Sequence record: ON286972
DNA from: Escherichia phage A4
Direction: 5' to 3' (one strand)
DNA length: 64,000 nucleotides
Of the stretch, positions 55,301 to 64,000 are shown piece after piece; position 1 is the stretch's first letter; every line of letters starts with the position of its first letter. A model generated the notes under the pieces. It was given only the letters and a program-made list of their open reading frames with translations. It had not been told where the DNA came from and made no database searches. The translations under genes and the position numbers were made by a program.

Positions 55301-58300
55301 AGAATTCAAAGAACCATCATCATTGTAAACATTGTACCCAGAATATAACATTGAATTCAATTCAACTGTACTATTCTCACGTCCAATAGCTTTCCAGTAT
55401 ATATTATTACGAGATGCAGTCTTGATGTATAATGTCCAAACACCATCACTATCAGTTACACGGATAATATCACCAATTTGGTAATTTTTAGTGTTTGCGT
55501 CATCTAAACTAACTTCTTGTGTATATTCAGTGTTGCTATCGTATCCAGTATCGTACCAATCAGCCAGATTCCAGTACTGGGTCATATCCAAAGATGTACC
55601 AAGTGATTCTATGAAGTCAGCTTGTTTAATCATCTTGTGTTGACCTTCACCTCTATTTTCTAGAGTGATTGTAACAGTACTACCAACTGCACTTGGACTG
55701 TTCATCAATTGAATGTATCCATTTGGATCAATGTGAACAAAATATACTGAACTAGAAGATAATGGTGCTGGTAGAGTTCCGATGGAACTTACAAATACTG
55801 CATCATTCTCTTTAAAGCGGTTATCTTCTGGTGCAATTACCAATTCATTGTTAAATGATAGAACACGGAATGTAATATCATTTGGGTTCATTTTTAATGT
55901 TTTCACATTAAACACATCATTCATAACAACACTGTTAGTTGTGATGTTCTGTGAACGGTAAAAGTTATTTGCACTCTCAACAAACGCACGACGAGCTTCA
56001 ATGACATTCTGGAACCAAGTTTTATTAGAACCTAAACCAGTTTCAACTTTAGGATAAATTATTTCATTTACAACACCAGTTGAAGTAGTTTCTTGACCAA
56101 TTAGTGAGTTCCATAGTGAATTCCAAATATCTGGGTTAAAGTCATAACTATCACCTTCTTTACAGAGTTGATATTGATCATGCTTCAGTACTTCGATATT
56201 GTCATTTCTATATGAAATTGTCAAAATGCTTGTATCATCATTAACTTCAAATTGCATATTACTTAGAATGAAACTATTTTCATTAATAGGTGCAAACCAA
56301 GGAACATTCAATTGTGTTGGATCTTGAATAATACGTGCAATATCAGTACAAGACTTACTACGAGTAGTCATTGGTGGAACATAAATGGTATTACGAACCC
56401 AGAAATAATAACGAACTACATATGTATCAGTGATTGGATCATATTCCATAGATGAACTGTAGTTCTCATCCATTGCAATCCCACTTGGGAGATACATAGT
56501 ATTGTTTTTATTTTTATTGGCTTGTTCTGCACAATATTTTTCCCAGTTGTATGGTTCTACTGGTGAACTAACCCATTCTAGAACATCAATAACACTGTGT
56601 GGTAATAATTTACCCCAATTATAACGCTTATATTCATTAGTTGCTTTTACATCAACGTTACCATCCTCATCAAAGATTGGACGGGTATAATCCAGATAGA
56701 ATGCAGTGCTAGTGTTCCACCACACTTTACCTACCTTTTCAGCACCCCATGCTTGTAATAGTTCACCGTTACTGCTATACTGTGCTGGGTCCACTGGAGA
56801 GATGAAATCAACATCTTGCATTGCAACCCCAGGAATAACACCGTTAATTGGGTCAAACACATTCAAATACAATGCAGTAATGTTTGTTCTTTCATCATAC
56901 GTAGTAGGACGGTCAAACAAAGTGCTTTCAGGTGCACTGTAACTATATTTTTTAGCAATATATTCATCGCGTTCTTGTTGAGTACTAAATCTACTAACAT
57001 AACGATACAAACGTGGTGCTGATTCTACTGTTGAAAAGTCAATAGTAATGGAAGTGTCAAATGGCACTACCATAACTTTTGGATCTAGTCCAGAAGTGTA
57101 GTATTGGCATTCATCACGTAGGGCATCAGGCATAAAGTTTGTTTCATCAACAAAATAATAATAATCACCATCATTGAGTGGGATATCATCAGACAATAGT
57201 ACTTTACAATATTGCTCAGCATATGGATCTTCACTTTCAATTGGTGTAATAGAAACCATTGTAATACCAGTATCTACTAAATCATACACATTCCATTCGT
57301 TATTGATATCTTGGAACATCCAAACAGATGTTGGGATTTTACCAGAATTATTCATATAACTAATGCGGTCTTGATTTGCAGTTTCGTAATTTAATGTGGT
57401 ATAATCAATTTCATCTAGGGTTACTGGTCCAATATTAGGTAATTGGATATTCTCACTTCTCCCATTACGCATAGGGAATGAGAATTTACCTTTTGGACGA
57501 CTAATCCAGCGTGAATCTTCACCAATTTCACCATAATATACAATTTCATTCTCAGATTCAACCTTATCGGAATAACGGTCAAATGTAATCATTTGTGGTT
57601 GTTGTTTAAACTCATTATTAATTAGTTTAAATTGAAGATTTTTAACACCATCAATGTTACCATAAGAACCAACACGGAATGCCCATTCTTGTAATGCTTT
57701 ATACTCATCAGTATTATATGATTTAGATACACGTAATACTTTTTCTAGTACTTGGTTAGTGCCTTTATCATGAATAAAACCTTTATAGAAATCAATTCGA
57801 CCAGGCTCATTAGTGATCATACGTTGTAAGTAATCACGAGACTGATAGCCAATTAAGTGGTTTGAAAGTTCATTTAATTGAACATCACTAACTGGGGTTT
57901 CATTATCATAATACTGTTGGAAATTAGACACCAAAGTTTCAAATGATGGTAATGTACCAGCTTCTAGGATGATAAATCCAGGAGCTTGTAAACGTCCAGA
58001 CCATGAACCAGTGATATATCCATACAATTTAATCAATTCTTGAACTGCACCATAGGTTGGTTCATAGATATAATCACCGAAAATCGTCTGATCATCAAAA
58101 ATAACAGCATGTTCATAAGAACTGATACTTAAACGAATAAGTGCTATGCGTTTATTTGATTCTTCAGTAGTTCTTACCGTGAATATGTTACCAATACGAG
58201 ATGTTTCAATCTCAAATTGACGTATACCTTGGTTTGAATCATCTAATAATGACCAAACACCACCACTATTTTGTGCAATTGACTGAACTGAACCAAAATC

Positions 58301-61300
58301 TGTACCAAATTTAGCATTAATTGCTGATGGGGTACAAGAAATGAATTCACCAGTACTCAATTGTTGTTGACTCCAGATTAAAAAGTCTTTTGCAATTGTA
58401 TTCCAGTCCTGTTGGATACCAGATTCATCAACTTCTTCAAAAATCCAACCATGTTGCTTTAGATACTCACCATAACCACAAATAAATGTGTAAACTTCCT
58501 GGAAGGTATTCATCAAAGTTCCGTAAGGAATGGATGCATCATTTTTCCACTCATTATAATGAACAACATTACGATTATCAACTTTCAAAGATACTTTATG
58601 ACCGTTTTTAACAGGCAATTTATAATTGAATGTTGCAGAAACTAAATCATAACCATCAATTTGGTAAGCACTACCAGTCCAAGTAATTTTAATTGCACTC
58701 ATTTGCTCATTTCTAATATTATTAGAACGAACTAAACCGATAGATTGGTTTTCTTGTGAAATTAGACCAGTTGCTTCTGATGTAAATGTTAATTGATCAG
58801 CTTTAGTGAATCCACCTAGTTTATGACCCACATTAATATGAGAAGAACGAACAATTTCACCGTACTTAGTTGTAATATTTTTGTTTTGATACATCAAATA
58901 ATCACTAACAATCATTTGATAACCAATAACGCGAGTACTATTCTCACCATGTACGATTGTATCACTATTAAAGTTCAAACGTAAACGAGTATCACCATAT
59001 AAAAACTGTGGTTCATTACCAGATACAGTTTTTAATGTATTATTTCGGGTATCCCAGAAATAGTTTGTGAACTGTGCAGGTTTAGCTTTGAATAACATCA
59101 ATAATTCATCATATGCAAACATTGCTGTGTTCATATAAGTGAATTCCATATCACCCATATCACCATAAGTCCACGGTTCAGCACGATGATTTAGACTACC
59201 ATATACAAGACCTAAAACTTCAGGAGCAATGTACTCAATGACGCAAATATCAACACCAGATGCTGTCTGCTTGCCTGTTTTAGTGATCTTAAAGGGTTGT
59301 GTACCAAAACGTTTGTACTTGTCATATTGACCTTTACGTGCACCAAACAAGATAGTACCCGTTGAGCTATCACCTTTCTCGTTACCAACGTCCCATAACC
59401 CACTAGGAACCATGTTACCTTGTTCGTTGATAACTAATGCCTCATAAACATAAACAACATCACCATCACGTTCGCCAACTTGAACTGCGGTAGGTTCATA
59501 TTCCTGGTTCCACCAAACTGGACGTTGGGAGAAACCAAACATTTCCCACGGATGGGTTGCTGGGCGATATGTACCAAATTGGTCAGTGTAGATTGCTCGC
59601 CATGAACCACGGGCTGCTATTTGTGTTTGTTGACCATTAACCATATAATGTGTTCCAGTATAGTTCCAAGTCATCCAGTTATTTGGATCATAATCATGTG
59701 AACTGTTACTGATACCATTGGTTGCGATGAAGTTAATATAACCACGTAGTAGTAAGTTCTTTTTCTCTTCGTCATTATACTCTGTATCTCTGAAATACGG
59801 AGTCGGGAAAAGATCAGAAGCATCTAGCTTAGGTTGGTAATCTTCATCTTTGAAAATAACATCAATACTATTGAAAATTCTATTTTCTAACTCATATATA
59901 ACGTCATCCATTTTATCAACACCGTTTATTACACGGTATGCTTTAGTGATTGCACCTGTATGACTGATGTTATAACAGCTTTGCTTACTACCAGCATTCA
60001 AAAATGTTGCTTTTTCTGGAACGTGTGCTTTCAAAATACCCAAAAACTGTGGAGTTGGTGGTACAAACGCACGAATGAAGCCAGAAGTACTTGCTACGTT
60101 ATCATAATAGAATGGGAAAGTATTATCATGACCCATATTAATAATTGTTAGAATTTCATCAACAATATTAGAAGCATTATTAGCTAAGAAGTTTGCTGGG
60201 TTCTCATTGTACAAACGGATCATTTGTGTATTGAACTTGTTTACGAAACGGAAATATTCGGATTGCATAAACAATACAGATTCAAATAGGTCAATATCTT
60301 CATTTGCAGAATGTGCCATTAACGGTAGCATTGATGCTTCGTTTTGAATAATCTTAGTACCAACGGAGTTATCCACTAAACCTTTAGACAAACGATCTTC
60401 GTAGTCGTTGAAATCATCAACGGAACCACTGGTGATATTCTTTTGAATGATATCTTTAAAATGTAATGTAAAATTACTTTGGTTGATATAAAGAATATTA
60501 TCGTTGTATGGGTTATTTTGTAAATTGATTGGGATTTCATATGCACCCAACTCTTTATTTGGTACTTCAGTACTGCTGTATGTTCTAATTTGAATCACTG
60601 ATTCATCTTTAAGAGCTACATCTTCACCTAAAGTGATGCTTTGAACCTTGTTATTATATACATGACGTGTATAATCGGTTACATCAACTCCATCAACTTG
60701 AATTTCAATGATTTCGGTACTCTTACCATCAATAATTTTCTGGGCTAATTCAAATGTGCGATTGAAACGTTCACTTTGAATACCTTCACCACTAATTACA
60801 TGCCAATCCATATAGGTTTGACGTTCTTCTTTGTAATATTGATAGGTACGATCCACTTCAGTAACATATGCATACATACCTTCTAATGGATTTTTAAAGT
60901 TTTCCATTTCGAATACAGTATTGAATACACGATACATATCAGTGTGTTCTATTTGTGGCGTTTGTTTAACGAATTGCTTTGAATCTTCCTTAGAACGAAC
61001 CCAATCGGTCTTAAGGTGTAGTTCATTATCTTTACCAACTACATTATAGTAGTACAATCCAGAAATTTCAGTTTCAACACCCAAATGATCATATGTATAA
61101 CGAACACTTTGTAGGAAGTTTTCGTACATATAGTAATTATAATTACCTAGTTCGATATTATAACCATATACTTTATCAGTGCCGTAATTATAGTTGATTT
61201 TAAAACCAAATAGGGATGAACCAACAAAATTACTTGATGGATAAATTGTAGAATCATTTAATTTAAAACCATCACGGTCATATAATTGGAATTGTGGGAA

Positions 61301-62347
61301 TACGTTTACACCAGATTTTGTTTGTGCTCTAATCCAGTTAACACCATTCCAGTACATGGATGTATTTTTATATACATTACCATCACGCACCAAAATAACA
61401 TCACCATTATGTGGCTCACCACTTGGGCGGTCGTCAGTTTCTTCATCTGGGTCCAATGCTAGACCATATGTGCGAGAACCATCTTGCATTTTCTTAATAA
61501 AAACTTTATAAATGCGGTTGTTTTCACCAACGTTACCTATACTAGTGAAAAGAATACGCATACCATCTTGTGGAATAATCCCGTCAATACGAATACCATC
61601 ATTTACGTCTTTTTGGACGATATCTTCTGGTTTAATTGTATCAGAGAAAAGATCCACAACACCACGGAAATGTGTCCCGTAGTTAATTAATTCGATATTT
61701 TTATTGTACTCGATGATTGGTGCTTGTGCACGAATAAAACGAGTATCTTGTGTCATGTCAGCAGTTAGTACTGTTCCATCTTCTAGTGTTTGACCAATAG
61801 TATACCAAAAGTTCTGTAGGGACCATGTGTTTCCGTTATCAGCACCACGTTCCATAACAATAAAGTCAGGAGTTGTGATACCATAACTATTTTTACTATC
61901 CCACAAATAGGAACTATAGTTGGTCATTTTGTTTGGGTTAATTGGCGGTGTCCAAGAATAGAACTTACCAGAAAATAGACGGCTCTCGTTTGAAGTTAAC
62001 GTGCCGTAGTGTTCCATGTAGCCAACCAAATCATCATAAAATTGAAGCGAACGAATGCTTGTGTCATCATTACGAGACACATATGCTGTTGATAATTGAT
62101 ATAGCTGACGTTCAACGGTTGCTTCGTCAAGGAAAATCTTAGCAGATGCAGCAGGAGAACCCATATCACCAATATATCCATCAACGATTTCATTATCCGC
62201 TGGATTGAACCATTGTTGAATTACATCATCACTAACCTTTTGAATGTCTTCTAAGCCTTGCATCCATTCAGGTAATCTTTTAATGAAAAGCTTCTGTTGT
62301 ACTGCTTCTGCCGTTTTAGTTGGTAGAAACTTAAAATTATTAGTCAT
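52370..62347 (-). CDS. giant protein of about 3300 aa (putative virion structural protein)
   Basis: Single uninterrupted ORF; ATG at 62347 has GGAG RBS and lies 36 bp downstream of an ATAAATAA motif (track ATG 62377 has no RBS); no enzymatic motif recognised. Confidence 0.7.
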   Translation of the reverse strand: MTNNFKFLPTKTAEAVQQKLFIKRLPEWMQGLEDIQKVSDDVIQQWFNPADNEIVDGYIGDMGSPAASAKIFLDEATVERQLYQLSTAYVSRNDDTSIRSLQFYDDLVGYMEHYGTLTSNESRLFSGKFYSWTPPINPNKMTNYSSYLWDSKNSYGITTPDFIVMERGADNGNTWSLQNFWYTIGQTLEDGTVLTADMTQDTRFIRAQAPIIEYNKNIELINYGTHFRGVVDLFSDTIKPEDIVQKDVNDGIRIDGIIPQDGMRILFTSIGNVGENNRIYKVFIKKMQDGSRTYGLALDPDEETDDRPSGEPHNGDVILVRDGNVYKNTSMYWNGVNWIRAQTKSGVNVFPQFQLYDRDGFKLNDSTIYPSSNFVGSSLFGFKINYNYGTDKVYGYNIELGNYNYYMYENFLQSVRYTYDHLGVETEISGLYYYNVVGKDNELHLKTDWVRSKEDSKQFVKQTPQIEHTDMYRVFNTVFEMENFKNPLEGMYAYVTEVDRTYQYYKEERQTYMDWHVISGEGIQSERFNRTFELAQKIIDGKSTEIIEIQVDGVDVTDYTRHVYNNKVQSITLGEDVALKDESVIQIRTYSSTEVPNKELGAYEIPINLQNNPYNDNILYINQSNFTLHFKDIIQKNITSGSVDDFNDYEDRLSKGLVDNSVGTKIIQNEASMLPLMAHSANEDIDLFESVLFMQSEYFRFVNKFNTQMIRLYNENPANFLANNASNIVDEILTIINMGHDNTFPFYYDNVASTSGFIRAFVPPTPQFLGILKAHVPEKATFLNAGSKQSCYNISHTGAITKAYRVINGVDKMDDVIYELENRIFNSIDVIFKDEDYQPKLDASDLFPTPYFRDTEYNDEEKKNLLLRGYINFIATNGISNSSHDYDPNNWMTWNYTGTHYMVNGQQTQIAARGSWRAIYTDQFGTYRPATHPWEMFGFSQRPVWWNQEYEPTAVQVGERDGDVVYVYEALVINEQGNMVPSGLWDVGNEKGDSSTGTILFGARKGQYDKYKRFGTQPFKITKTGKQTASGVDICVIEYIAPEVLGLVYGSLNHRAEPWTYGDMGDMEFTYMNTAMFAYDELLMLFKAKPAQFTNYFWDTRNNTLKTVSGNEPQFLYGDTRLRLNFNSDTIVHGENSTRVIGYQMIVSDYLMYQNKNITTKYGEIVRSSHINVGHKLGGFTKADQLTFTSEATGLISQENQSIGLVRSNNIRNEQMSAIKITWTGSAYQIDGYDLVSATFNYKLPVKNGHKVSLKVDNRNVVHYNEWKNDASIPYGTLMNTFQEVYTFICGYGEYLKQHGWIFEEVDESGIQQDWNTIAKDFLIWSQQQLSTGEFISCTPSAINAKFGTDFGSVQSIAQNSGGVWSLLDDSNQGIRQFEIETSRIGNIFTVRTTEESNKRIALIRLSISSYEHAVIFDDQTIFGDYIYEPTYGAVQELIKLYGYITGSWSGRLQAPGFIILEAGTLPSFETLVSNFQQYYDNETPVSDVQLNELSNHLIGYQSRDYLQRMITNEPGRIDFYKGFIHDKGTNQVLEKVLRVSKSYNTDEYKALQEWAFRVGSYGNIDGVKNLQFKLINNEFKQQPQMITFDRYSDKVESENEIVYYGEIGEDSRWISRPKGKFSFPMRNGRSENIQLPNIGPVTLDEIDYTTLNYETANQDRISYMNNSGKIPTSVWMFQDINNEWNVYDLVDTGITMVSITPIESEDPYAEQYCKVLLSDDIPLNDGDYYYFVDETNFMPDALRDECQYYTSGLDPKVMVVPFDTSITIDFSTVESAPRLYRYVSRFSTQQERDEYIAKKYSYSAPESTLFDRPTTYDERTNITALYLNVFDPINGVIPGVAMQDVDFISPVDPAQYSSNGELLQAWGAEKVGKVWWNTSTAFYLDYTRPIFDEDGNVDVKATNEYKRYNWGKLLPHSVIDVLEWVSSPVEPYNWEKYCAEQANKNKNNTMYLPSGIAMDENYSSSMEYDPITDTYVVRYYFWVRNTIYVPPMTTRSKSCTDIARIIQDPTQLNVPWFAPINENSFILSNMQFEVNDDTSILTISYRNDNIEVLKHDQYQLCKEGDSYDFNPDIWNSLWNSLIGQETTSTGVVNEIIYPKVETGLGSNKTWFQNVIEARRAFVESANNFYRSQNITTNSVVMNDVFNVKTLKMNPNDITFRVLSFNNELVIAPEDNRFKENDAVFVSSIGTLPAPLSSSSVYFVHIDPNGYIQLMNSPSAVGSTVTITLENRGEGQHKMIKQADFIESLGTSLDMTQYWNLADWYDTGYDSNTEYTQEVSLDDANTKNYQIGDIIRVTDSDGVWTLYIKTASRNNIYWKAIGRENSTVELNSMLYSGYNVYNDDGSLNSHEVNVRNALALLKNSFNLYQSNIVFDMVKYVHTEQSVVDWVFKTSYIYIVGLEQSLVQNYSNDNLINQIVEYFEEVKPYRTKIRSQIEQKTSDDDLINGISNDLDPDGYILVDGVWVKTEKDIWDLEYAQFNDVTQRWEKIGSLPSDFITPNRRFQEIDVIMHYDNIQCDPYDSNYTIDELKSTNSKYQSNASDIGNDYELQRYVYTFPEYDNNTLISQIGIEMTTKYSDLDISNGVIKGIDAWYKAHSTDIAMTDQFTADLEQVTADTNNSNILEDVKKYIQYNTLATRVKMFKNISDDMVSNEIGCPFKGTNYNDNPNTRLPFGFSASSDYNYGYFEISIELYEKYVDMIKKNHPEFTNEDQVRNILEIEYGVYCYKYDTTLNDRYYSDTVHVLSAMRQTFNKNILDHYYVAREILSNRAVDKYAFVMMPRKYVYVVNAAGEYLPIPESYSISDFMEDLFITTGESVVLAEIDLNDLPQDQNNPMYSAYVEVLESINTAKYFNDMNAFDNLALESQTKSIKWEVKDSEIDPYIIDISELNPSGRTMAQLRFTVDGYGFDEVAQEQLKDTSRFQIEGMIVQNPYNMSEAVVSIPSYDIVIENMGKDVFKESEKYFFPISEIKTITEIKVHDEGLKDGDKVMIFTPDGEDYVRFQDGNWVTILSASKIQSSKKPKLYTVRVLGNGNVELVDSNGVVLMFDSITKRESNERFYTLSMNLVRIRTFQDPEFDDNGLKLYENNRHYSIHALNYEVFYDETLYGGKFNDGITPDEIDLWLVSNEIFEVDGITIDNGYNQPISGKGVLGELVRAKMTDGIEITVFEYDVDVIQPVLSYDRVWQYAQPVVNNTFIKEVGCGVINITTVEDEAITYVAKPRSISPYIITDSVLSGAAAQNDDIIVVGYEKVQVRNTDRLLRGVMYSAEHNFTKGTSYSFNGLNLGSIDKFTQYQNFYPPIPLDTFRNGLSITGTDIENLLNIQ

Positions 62348-62382
62348 GTATAGGACTCCATAAATTCGTTCATTCATTTGAT

Positions 62383-62390
62383 TTATTTAT
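62383..62390 (-). promoter_or_regulatory. late-promoter-like motif for the giant gene
   Basis: ATAAATAA immediately after a terminator, 36 bp upstream of ATG 62347. Confidence 0.35.
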
Positions 62391-62395
62391 GCTAT

Positions 62396-62419
62396 AAAAA
62401 AGGCGACCCGAAGGCCGCC
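62396..62419 (-). terminator. rho-independent terminator with UUCG tetraloop (minus strand)
   Basis: Minus-strand GGCGGCC-UUCG-GGUCGCC followed by TTTTTT. Confidence 0.6.
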
Positions 62420-62428
62420 ACGATTTTA

Positions 62429-64000
62429 TTAAAAACCAATATTAATATTACTTTTAGCTAGAGAGTTAACGATTTGTACGTTATCAACGGTAGCAGTACT
62501 AATGAATATTTGGTCAGGTCTAGAAGGTATCTCAAACAATGAACCAAACTTAGAATTAGGGTTTTGAGCTACAATTACAACAGTACTAATGTGTCTACCA
62601 AGTTGGGTATGAAGGTACGTACACAAATCAGTATAATAGAAACTTTCACCAAAATCCCAGTTCTCAACTGCAAAGTACTGGTTAGTTAATGAAACAATAT
62701 TTTGACGAATTTCATCATCACTCATTGTACTATTAGGTAATTTCACTACTTTGAAATCAGCTTTATAATCCGGTGCTGCACTATTACCAAATAAAGGCAA
62801 ATATTCAGCACTGTGCCATATCAAACTATCACTAATTACAGTTTTCTTCTCAACATCCTTGAAGATATCTTGTAATTCAACCGATGTTGGTGGTTTAGGC
62901 ATATCACCTTTAGCACCATTCTTCAACCAAATATCAACTTCTGTCTTATATGAGTTTGTTAAAACATACATATCAATTAAGTTGGTTCTGCTTGGGTCGA
63001 TTCGATTATCATCTGGTGCATAATGCTTCCAGTGGAAGTTAATAGACGTTCTAGCATTAGTTTTTATAGTAAGTTCAGATGTAATATCCTTATAACCATA
63101 ATAATTAAGCTTTTTATTAGCGTCAACACTTGTACCCATGTTTTTAATACAACGATAGAAAGCAGTTTCTGGAGTAGCCGCACTTGGGTCTGTAACTTCA
63201 GTCATGTTCTGAATTAGAACACCCAAACGGTCATTGTTATTACCAACTGTTTGTTCGATGAAGTAATATTGCCCTTCGTATTGGAATGCAATAATAAAAC
63301 CAGTACCTTTACTATATAGTTCACTTAGTGTAGTTGAGCGAATTTCATTATTACGAATGAATTCTTGTCTCTTGTACGCATTAGTTTCCGCTAATGCCTG
63401 ATCCATTGTGTAATTCCATGTTGAATCCATGATAGTGAATGATGAATTTGGTAATGTCAATGAAGAAATAGTAAAATCTTCATTTTGTTGAAATACCAAT
63501 ATACCACCATATTTTCTAGAATCTTCACCTGTCCAATCAGGAACAATAGATTGGAATTGGTTAGGATTTAATGGAATACCATTACTATCCATACTTTCTG
63601 ATGTAATTACAACTCTTGAACCATCCAAATAACCATTTTCTTGTTTTATTGTATCCAGAATCTGGAAATCAATGTTATTGGTTAGGCCCACGTTACTAGT
63701 ACTGGTAGAGTTTGATGAAAGAATCTCAATTTTATCACTTTGCACTGAACCAGTACTAATATCAGTGATTTTCTTAGAGCTTACAAAGTAAAAACGAACT
63801 TTTTCTCCACCAACAAATACATACTCAACACCATTGGAATCAAATTCCCATGTTTCAGCAGTGTATTGGATGTTAACCATCACCTGTACTAACGAACCAT
63901 TGTATGTTATAGTATCACTAGTGGTTGTCATTTCCAAAGGAACCCATGTAGTGGATACAATATCATAAATTAGAATAAAGTTAGTTTTCTTATCTAACAT
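62429..64000 (-). CDS. hypothetical protein (start coincides with window edge, may be 5'-truncated)
   Basis: 523-aa ORF; minus-strand ATG sits exactly at the window end. Confidence 0.5.
   Translation of the reverse strand: MLDKKTNFILIYDIVSTTWVPLEMTTTSDTITYNGSLVQVMVNIQYTAETWEFDSNGVEYVFVGGEKVRFYFVSSKKITDISTGSVQSDKIEILSSNSTSTSNVGLTNNIDFQILDTIKQENGYLDGSRVVITSESMDSNGIPLNPNQFQSIVPDWTGEDSRKYGGILVFQQNEDFTISSLTLPNSSFTIMDSTWNYTMDQALAETNAYKRQEFIRNNEIRSTTLSELYSKGTGFIIAFQYEGQYYFIEQTVGNNNDRLGVLIQNMTEVTDPSAATPETAFYRCIKNMGTSVDANKKLNYYGYKDITSELTIKTNARTSINFHWKHYAPDDNRIDPSRTNLIDMYVLTNSYKTEVDIWLKNGAKGDMPKPPTSVELQDIFKDVEKKTVISDSLIWHSAEYLPLFGNSAAPDYKADFKVVKLPNSTMSDDEIRQNIVSLTNQYFAVENWDFGESFYYTDLCTYLHTQLGRHISTVVIVAQNPNSKFGSLFEIPSRPDQIFISTATVDNVQIVNSLAKSNINIGF

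Noticed and set aside
52370-62377. Giant ORF as a virion RNA polymerase or other enzyme
   Set aside because: No polymerase, helicase or nuclease motifs recognised in the translation; function left as unknown structural.

Overview
This window reads as a densely packed, AT-rich segment of a large virulent tailed phage (myovirus) that infects a Gram-negative, probably gammaproteobacterial, host. I found no integrase, tRNA, rRNA or CRISPR array. All calls rest on reading the sequence and the supplied ORF translations by eye; no database search or k-mer count was run, and non-ORF coordinates may be off by 1-2 bp. Positions 1-31.4 kb (plus strand) carry early/middle genes: thymidine kinase, thymidylate synthase, an NrdC-like glutaredoxin, a T4 gp1-like dNMP kinase, a CCA-adding tRNA nucleotidyltransferase, a ribosome hibernation factor (HPF) homolog, an OARD1/TARG1-like macro domain protein, a NUDIX hydrolase that appears frameshifted, a membrane-anchored LysM plus lysozyme-like protein, a homing-endonuclease-like nuclease, and a T4-like tail sheath with two tube-like paralogs followed by a block of acidic or repeat-rich proteins. 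The most promising candidate for an undescribed system is a MoxR-class AAA+ ATPase paired with a metallopeptidase-like/VWA protein (25.8-28.6 kb), driven by three stacked sigma70-type promoters. Positions 31.5-49.9 kb (minus strand) form a receptor-binding locus with a 1845-aa repetitive fiber, a pectate-lyase-fold tailspike, a collagen-like fiber and a second NUDIX gene. A ClpA-like double-AAA+ unfoldase (50.0-52.3 kb) and a ~3300-aa giant protein (52.4-62.3 kb) follow. Recurrent DNA-level signals include a shared early promoter architecture (xxGACA-N16-TGaTATAAT), a T4-late-like ATAAATA motif upstream of structural genes, many rho-independent terminators, an exact 43-bp tandem duplication, a 495-bp intragenic duplication in the fiber gene, and a 12-bp perfect palindrome (TTCAGTACTGAA) that recurs in several genes and reading frames.
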